A DNA stretch of 64,000 nucleotides from an uncultured Sphingomonadaceae bacterium (lineage in GTDB: Bacteria > Pseudomonadota > Alphaproteobacteria > Sphingomonadales > Sphingomonadaceae): the NCBI GenBank assembly GCA_947504025.1, contig CANNFX010000001.1, positions 1,329,302 to 1,393,301 of the forward strand, in the 5' to 3' direction. This document shows positions 59,621-64,000 of this stretch, one piece after another. A model generated the notes under the pieces. That model worked only from the letters and a program-made list of their open reading frames with translations. It was not told where the DNA came from and made no database searches. A program made the position numbers and the translations under genes. Numbering within the stretch: position 1 is the stretch's first letter; each line of letters begins with the position of its first letter.

Positions 59621-61144
59621 ATGACCAACACACGCCGTACCTTCGCGATTATTTCGCATCCTGACGCTGGTAAGACCACGCTGACCGAGAAGCTGTTGCT
59701 GCAAGGCGGCGCAATCCATCTTGCGGGCGAAGTTAAAGCACGCGGACAAGCACGGCGTGCGCGGTCGGACTGGATGAAGATCGAACAGCAGCGCGGAATC
59801 TCCGTCACATCATCCGTGATGACGTTCGAGCGTAATGGCATCATCTTCAACCTGCTTGATACGCCAGGCCACGAAGACTTCTCCGAAGACACTTACCGAA
59901 CCCTTACTGCGGTCGATTCTGCCATCATGGTGATCGATGCGGCCAAGGGTATCGAGCCTCAAACGCGCAAATTGTTCGAAGTTTGCCGCCTGCGTTCCGT
60001 GCCGATCATCACCTTTATCAATAAAGTCGACCGCGAAGGCCGGCCTTGTTTTGAATTGATGGACGAGGTCGCCGACATGTTGGCCCTCGACGTATCGCCG
60101 ATGAACTGGCCCATTGGAATGGGCGGGCAGTTTGAGGGTATTCTCGATTTCGCGACCGGGCATGTCGCGCGGCCAGAAGGCCCCAGCAAGGAATACCTTG
60201 GCGCAGTTGACGAGACCCCCGACATTCCCGAGCAGTGGGCAGAAGAAGCCGAGCTGGCACAGGCGGGCTATCCCGAATTCGACGCCGAGGCTTACCGTAA
60301 CGGCGATCTGACGCCGGTTTATTTCGGATCGGCGCTGAAGAATTTTGGTGTGGTGACACTGATCGAAGCGATTGCCCAACACGCACCTCCTCCGCGGCCG
60401 CAGCCTGCCGGAGACGAGCAGATTTCGCCTGACTTTGACGAGGTGACAGGTTTCATCTTCAAGGTGCAGGCCAATATGGACCCGAACCACCGTGACCGGA
60501 TCGCCTTCATGCGTCAGGTGTCGGGTACATTCAAACGCGGTATGAAGCTGACGCCGTCTGGTCTCGGCAAACCAATTGCGATCCATTCACCGATCCTGTT
60601 TTTTGCACAAGACCGCGAGATTGCCGACACGGCTGAGCCGGGCGACATTATTGGCATCCCCAACCACGGCACATTGCGTGTTGGCGATACGCTGAGCGAG
60701 AAGGACAAGGTGCGTTTCACCGGCCTGCCCAACTTCGCACCGGAAATTCTACGCCGCGTTGTCTTGAAGGATCCGACCAAGACCAAGCAATTGCGCAAGG
60801 CGCTCGACGATCTGTCGGAAGAAGGTGTCATCCAGGTTTTCTATCCCGAATTGGGTGCGCAGCATATTGTCGGCGTTGTCGGCCAGTTGCAGCTTGAAGT
60901 GCTCGTTTCACGGCTCGAAGCGGAATATAAAGTTGCCGCTGCTCTGGAAGCTGCACCCTTTACCACCGCACGCTGGATCATTGGCGACGAGGCGGCTGTC
61001 GAAAAATTTGCCGAGTTTGACCGCGCGAACCTAGCCCGCGACCGCGACGGCGATCTCGTTTTCATGGCGAAGAGCCCTTGGGACGTGAACTATCAGCAGG
61101 AAAAGAATCCCGATCTAACCTTCTCGGCGACCAAGGAACGGTGA
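59621..61144 (+). CDS. prfC: peptide chain release factor 3
   Basis: Start at MTNTRRTFAIISHPDAGKTTLTEKLL. GTPase motifs DTPGHEDF and NKVD are present. The ORF-track extension upstream overlaps the TetR gene end. Confidence 0.92.
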   Translation: MTNTRRTFAIISHPDAGKTTLTEKLLLQGGAIHLAGEVKARGQARRARSDWMKIEQQRGISVTSSVMTFERNGIIFNLLDTPGHEDFSEDTYRTLTAVDSAIMVIDAAKGIEPQTRKLFEVCRLRSVPIITFINKVDREGRPCFELMDEVADMLALDVSPMNWPIGMGGQFEGILDFATGHVARPEGPSKEYLGAVDETPDIPEQWAEEAELAQAGYPEFDAEAYRNGDLTPVYFGSALKNFGVVTLIEAIAQHAPPPRPQPAGDEQISPDFDEVTGFIFKVQANMDPNHRDRIAFMRQVSGTFKRGMKLTPSGLGKPIAIHSPILFFAQDREIADTAEPGDIIGIPNHGTLRVGDTLSEKDKVRFTGLPNFAPEILRRVVLKDPTKTKQLRKALDDLSEEGVIQVFYPELGAQHIVGVVGQLQLEVLVSRLEAEYKVAAALEAAPFTTARWIIGDEAAVEKFAEFDRANLARDRDGDLVFMAKSPWDVNYQQEKNPDLTFSATKER

Positions 61145-61180
61145 CTTGCCGATCAGCTGCGGCTGACATAGTCACACCCC

Positions 61181-61738
61181 ATGGCAGATTTCACTGACGA
61201 ACTAACCGACGACCATATCGCGATGATCGGCAAGCAGCCGGTGTTCTTCGTGGCAACTGCCGCGGCAGACGCGCGGATCAATCTTAGTCCCAAGGGCTAC
61301 GATGTCTTCCGGGTTCTAGGCCCCAAGCGTGTCGGTTATCTCGACCTTGGCGGCTCCGGCAACGAAACTCACGCGCATCTGGCGGCCGATGGCCGGATCA
61401 CGATCATGTTTTGCAACTTCCAGCAGCCCGCGCTGATCTTGCGTATTTATAGGCGGGGCCGGCCTGTACTGCCGGCGGATGATGGCTGGGAAGATATTGC
61501 GGAACATTTTACTCTGCTTCCAGGCACCCGGCAGATTTTCGATATTGATGTCGAAAGTGTGCAGACCTCATGCGGGTACGGAGTACCCTTTATGGAGCTT
61601 CAGGCCGAACGGCCTACTTTGGTGAAGTATCACGCCAAGGCTGATCCGTCTGAATGGGAGGCCAAGATGGCTAGCCGCACTGAAAGCATAGATGGGTTGG
61701 CGACCAAGCCCACCGATCGCTACATCGCTGGTGAATAG
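61181..61738 (+). CDS. pyridoxamine 5'-phosphate oxidase-family (split-barrel flavin-binding) protein
   Basis: 185 aa. FFVATAAADARINLSPKG...DLGGSGNETHAHL matches the pattern of PNPOx-like proteins. Confidence 0.8.
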   Translation: MADFTDELTDDHIAMIGKQPVFFVATAAADARINLSPKGYDVFRVLGPKRVGYLDLGGSGNETHAHLAADGRITIMFCNFQQPALILRIYRRGRPVLPADDGWEDIAEHFTLLPGTRQIFDIDVESVQTSCGYGVPFMELQAERPTLVKYHAKADPSEWEAKMASRTESIDGLATKPTDRYIAGE

Positions 61739-61753
61739 ACACCCAACGGCCAG

Positions 61754-62455
61754 ATGAAGCTCACCTTCGCGACTTACAATATCCATAAGGCTATCGGCGT
61801 GGACGGTGTTCGCGATCCGGACCGCATCATCACTGTGCTGCGTGAAATGAATGCCGACATCATTGCGTTGCAGGAAGCCGATACGCGGTTCGGGATGCGC
61901 AAAAGCGTATTGTCGAAGGCAGCTTTGGATGACACCCATTGGAAGCCTGTCCAATTGGGCGGCAACACACCCAGCCTCGGCTGGCACGGAAATGCTTTGC
62001 TGGTGCGGCGCAATATGAATGTTCTGGAAGCTGACCACATCGAGATCCCGACCCTGGAACCGCGCGGCGCCGTTCGTGCTGATCTCGTGTTAGAGGGTAC
62101 GCATATCAGGGTAGTCGGGATGCACCTCGACCTTTCTGGTCTGCGCCGGCGCCACCAGATACGCTCGGTACTGGATCACGTTAATGACCATGCGCATGAC
62201 CATCCGACAGTGCTGATGGGTGATTTCAACCAATGGGGCGTCAGCACCGGGGCGATGACTGAATTCGGGCCGGATTGGCAATGCTACGCTCCCGGCCGCA
62301 GCTTTCCATCACGCCAACCAGTCGCCCGGCTTGATCGTATAGTTGCGTCGCAGCATTGGCATTTAGAAGGCAGCGGCGTCCACCATAGCGCACTCGCTGC
62401 CGCTGGATCGGATCACCTGCCTGTATTTGCAGAACTGGCCCTGCCTAAAAAATAG
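61754..62455 (+). CDS. endonuclease/exonuclease/phosphatase-family protein
   Basis: 233 aa. TYNIHK, ALQEAD, GDFN and SDHLPV are the EEP catalytic motifs. Confidence 0.8.
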   Translation: MKLTFATYNIHKAIGVDGVRDPDRIITVLREMNADIIALQEADTRFGMRKSVLSKAALDDTHWKPVQLGGNTPSLGWHGNALLVRRNMNVLEADHIEIPTLEPRGAVRADLVLEGTHIRVVGMHLDLSGLRRRHQIRSVLDHVNDHAHDHPTVLMGDFNQWGVSTGAMTEFGPDWQCYAPGRSFPSRQPVARLDRIVASQHWHLEGSGVHHSALAAAGSDHLPVFAELALPKK

Positions 62456-62497
62456 GCACATGCGTAATAATCAGACGCACTCAAACCAAATACATAA

Positions 62498-62944
<447 letters not shown>

Positions 62945-62973
62945 GCCGCACATTTGAGACAAGGGGTACATCC

Positions 62974-64000
62974 ATGTTCCGCAAAATCGCTGGCGCTGCC
63001 GGAGCAATCGGCGCGTCCATTTTCACCAGTTCGGCAGCCATCGCGGCGCCGGTCACCGAAGCGGCACCAGCAATTGCCAACCCGGGCAACAACGCCTGGA
63101 TGATGACGGCAACGATTTTGGTTTTGCTTATGATCCTGCCGGGCCTTGCGCTGTTTTATGGCGGCCTGACCCGTTCCAAGAACATGCTTTCCACCATGAC
63201 GCAGATCGGTGCGACTGCCTGTCTCGCCATGCTGGTGTGGGTCATGTGGGGCTTCTCGCTCGCCTTTGGCGCTACGACTTACGACGGCACACTTGGTCTG
63301 TTCATCAGCGGCGGCAGCTACTTCCTGTCAGGCATGGATGCCTCGACAACGGCGGCGACATTCACCGATGAAGTTATCTCGGAATATGTCTTCGTCAGTT
63401 TCCAGATGACCTTTGCTGCGATCACCGCAGCGCTGATTTTGGGCGCAACGGCGGAACGGATGAAGTTCAGCGCAGTGATGGCTTTCGTGCCGATCTGGCT
63501 GACCATCGTGTACTTCCCGATTGCCCATATGGTCTGGGCAGGCGGCGGTCTGATGTTCGAAGACGGCGCGCTTGATTTCGCTGGCGGCACCGTTGTGCAC
63601 ATCAACGCCGGTATCTCGGGTCTCGTCCTCGCTTACCTGCTGGGCAAGCGCCGCGGTTATCCTTCGGAGCCAATGCCTCCGCACTCCATGGTTATGACCA
63701 TGATCGGTACGGGTCTGCTGTGGGTTGGTTGGTTCGGCTTCAACGCCGGCTCCGCTCTCGAAGCTGATGGCAGCGCCGGTCTCGCAATGATCAACACCTT
63801 CGTTGCTACCGCTGCCGGTGCGCTGACCTGGATGGTGATCGAGAAGATGGTTGGCCACAAGGGTTCGGCTCTGGGCTTCTGTTCGGGTGTCATTGCCGGT
63901 CTGGTGGCAGTGACGCCAGCCGCCGGTAACTCCGGCCCATTCGGCGCTATCCTGCTCGGCATCGCCTCCTCGGCTGTCTGCTACTTTGCAGTTGCCAAGG
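62974..64000 (+). CDS. amtB: ammonium transporter, partial (continues beyond the window)
   Basis: Not in the ORF track because it is open at the window end. My translation from ATG 62974 gives MFRKIAGAAGAIGASIFTSSAAIAAPV...NAWMMTATILVLLMILPGLALFYGGLTRSKNMLS...DFAGGTVVHINAG, the Amt signature. Preceded by AAGGGG. Confidence 0.9.
   Translation, partial: MFRKIAGAAGAIGASIFTSSAAIAAPVTEAAPAIANPGNNAWMMTATILVLLMILPGLALFYGGLTRSKNMLSTMTQIGATACLAMLVWVMWGFSLAFGATTYDGTLGLFISGGSYFLSGMDASTTAATFTDEVISEYVFVSFQMTFAAITAALILGATAERMKFSAVMAFVPIWLTIVYFPIAHMVWAGGGLMFEDGALDFAGGTVVHINAGISGLVLAYLLGKRRGYPSEPMPPHSMVMTMIGTGLLWVGWFGFNAGSALEADGSAGLAMINTFVATAAGALTWMVIEKMVGHKGSALGFCSGVIAGLVAVTPAAGNSGPFGAILLGIASSAVCYFAVAK

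Overview
This 64-kb window is mostly core chromosome from a moderately high-GC alphaproteobacterium. I infer Sphingomonadales/Erythrobacteraceae-like from a GAAC-N7-GAAC LexA box, mipZ, petABC, a TonB/ExbBD cluster with a TonB-dependent receptor, and glnK-amtB behind a sigma-54 promoter; no search was run. About 60 protein genes, 2 tRNAs and a few regulatory sites or terminators can be supported.

Main blocks, in order:
- A gap-free minus-strand string: gpmA-purE-purK-folA-dipeptidase-ribF-ileS-lspA.
- tRNA-Thr, acyl-CoA dehydrogenase, pepN and the petABC bc1 operon.
- The cysD-cysNC-cysQ sulfate activation genes.
- tRNA-Gly followed by a LexA-controlled imuA-imuB-dnaE2 mutagenesis cassette.
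- panC/mipZ, then tonB-exbB plus three exbD copies.
- hom, glpX, prs, and rpmI-rplT / pheS-pheT split by an AraC-family gene.
- A TetR/TonB-dependent receptor pair, prfC and glnK-amtB.

I see no CRISPR array, IS element, integrase, prophage or defence island, and no clear-cut large novel system. The best candidates for undescribed biology are small:
- A translationally coupled YqcI/YcgG (GntA-like heme N-hydroxylase family) + DUF1989 pair.
- A membrane-anchored Pam18/Tim14-like J-domain protein coupled to mipZ.
- A leaderless orphan periplasmic-binding-protein homologue.
- A low-GC mosaic patch inside ileS.
- A Ton cluster with three ExbD paralogues and an internal terminator.

All family calls come from motif recognition by eye on the supplied translations. 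No database search was run.
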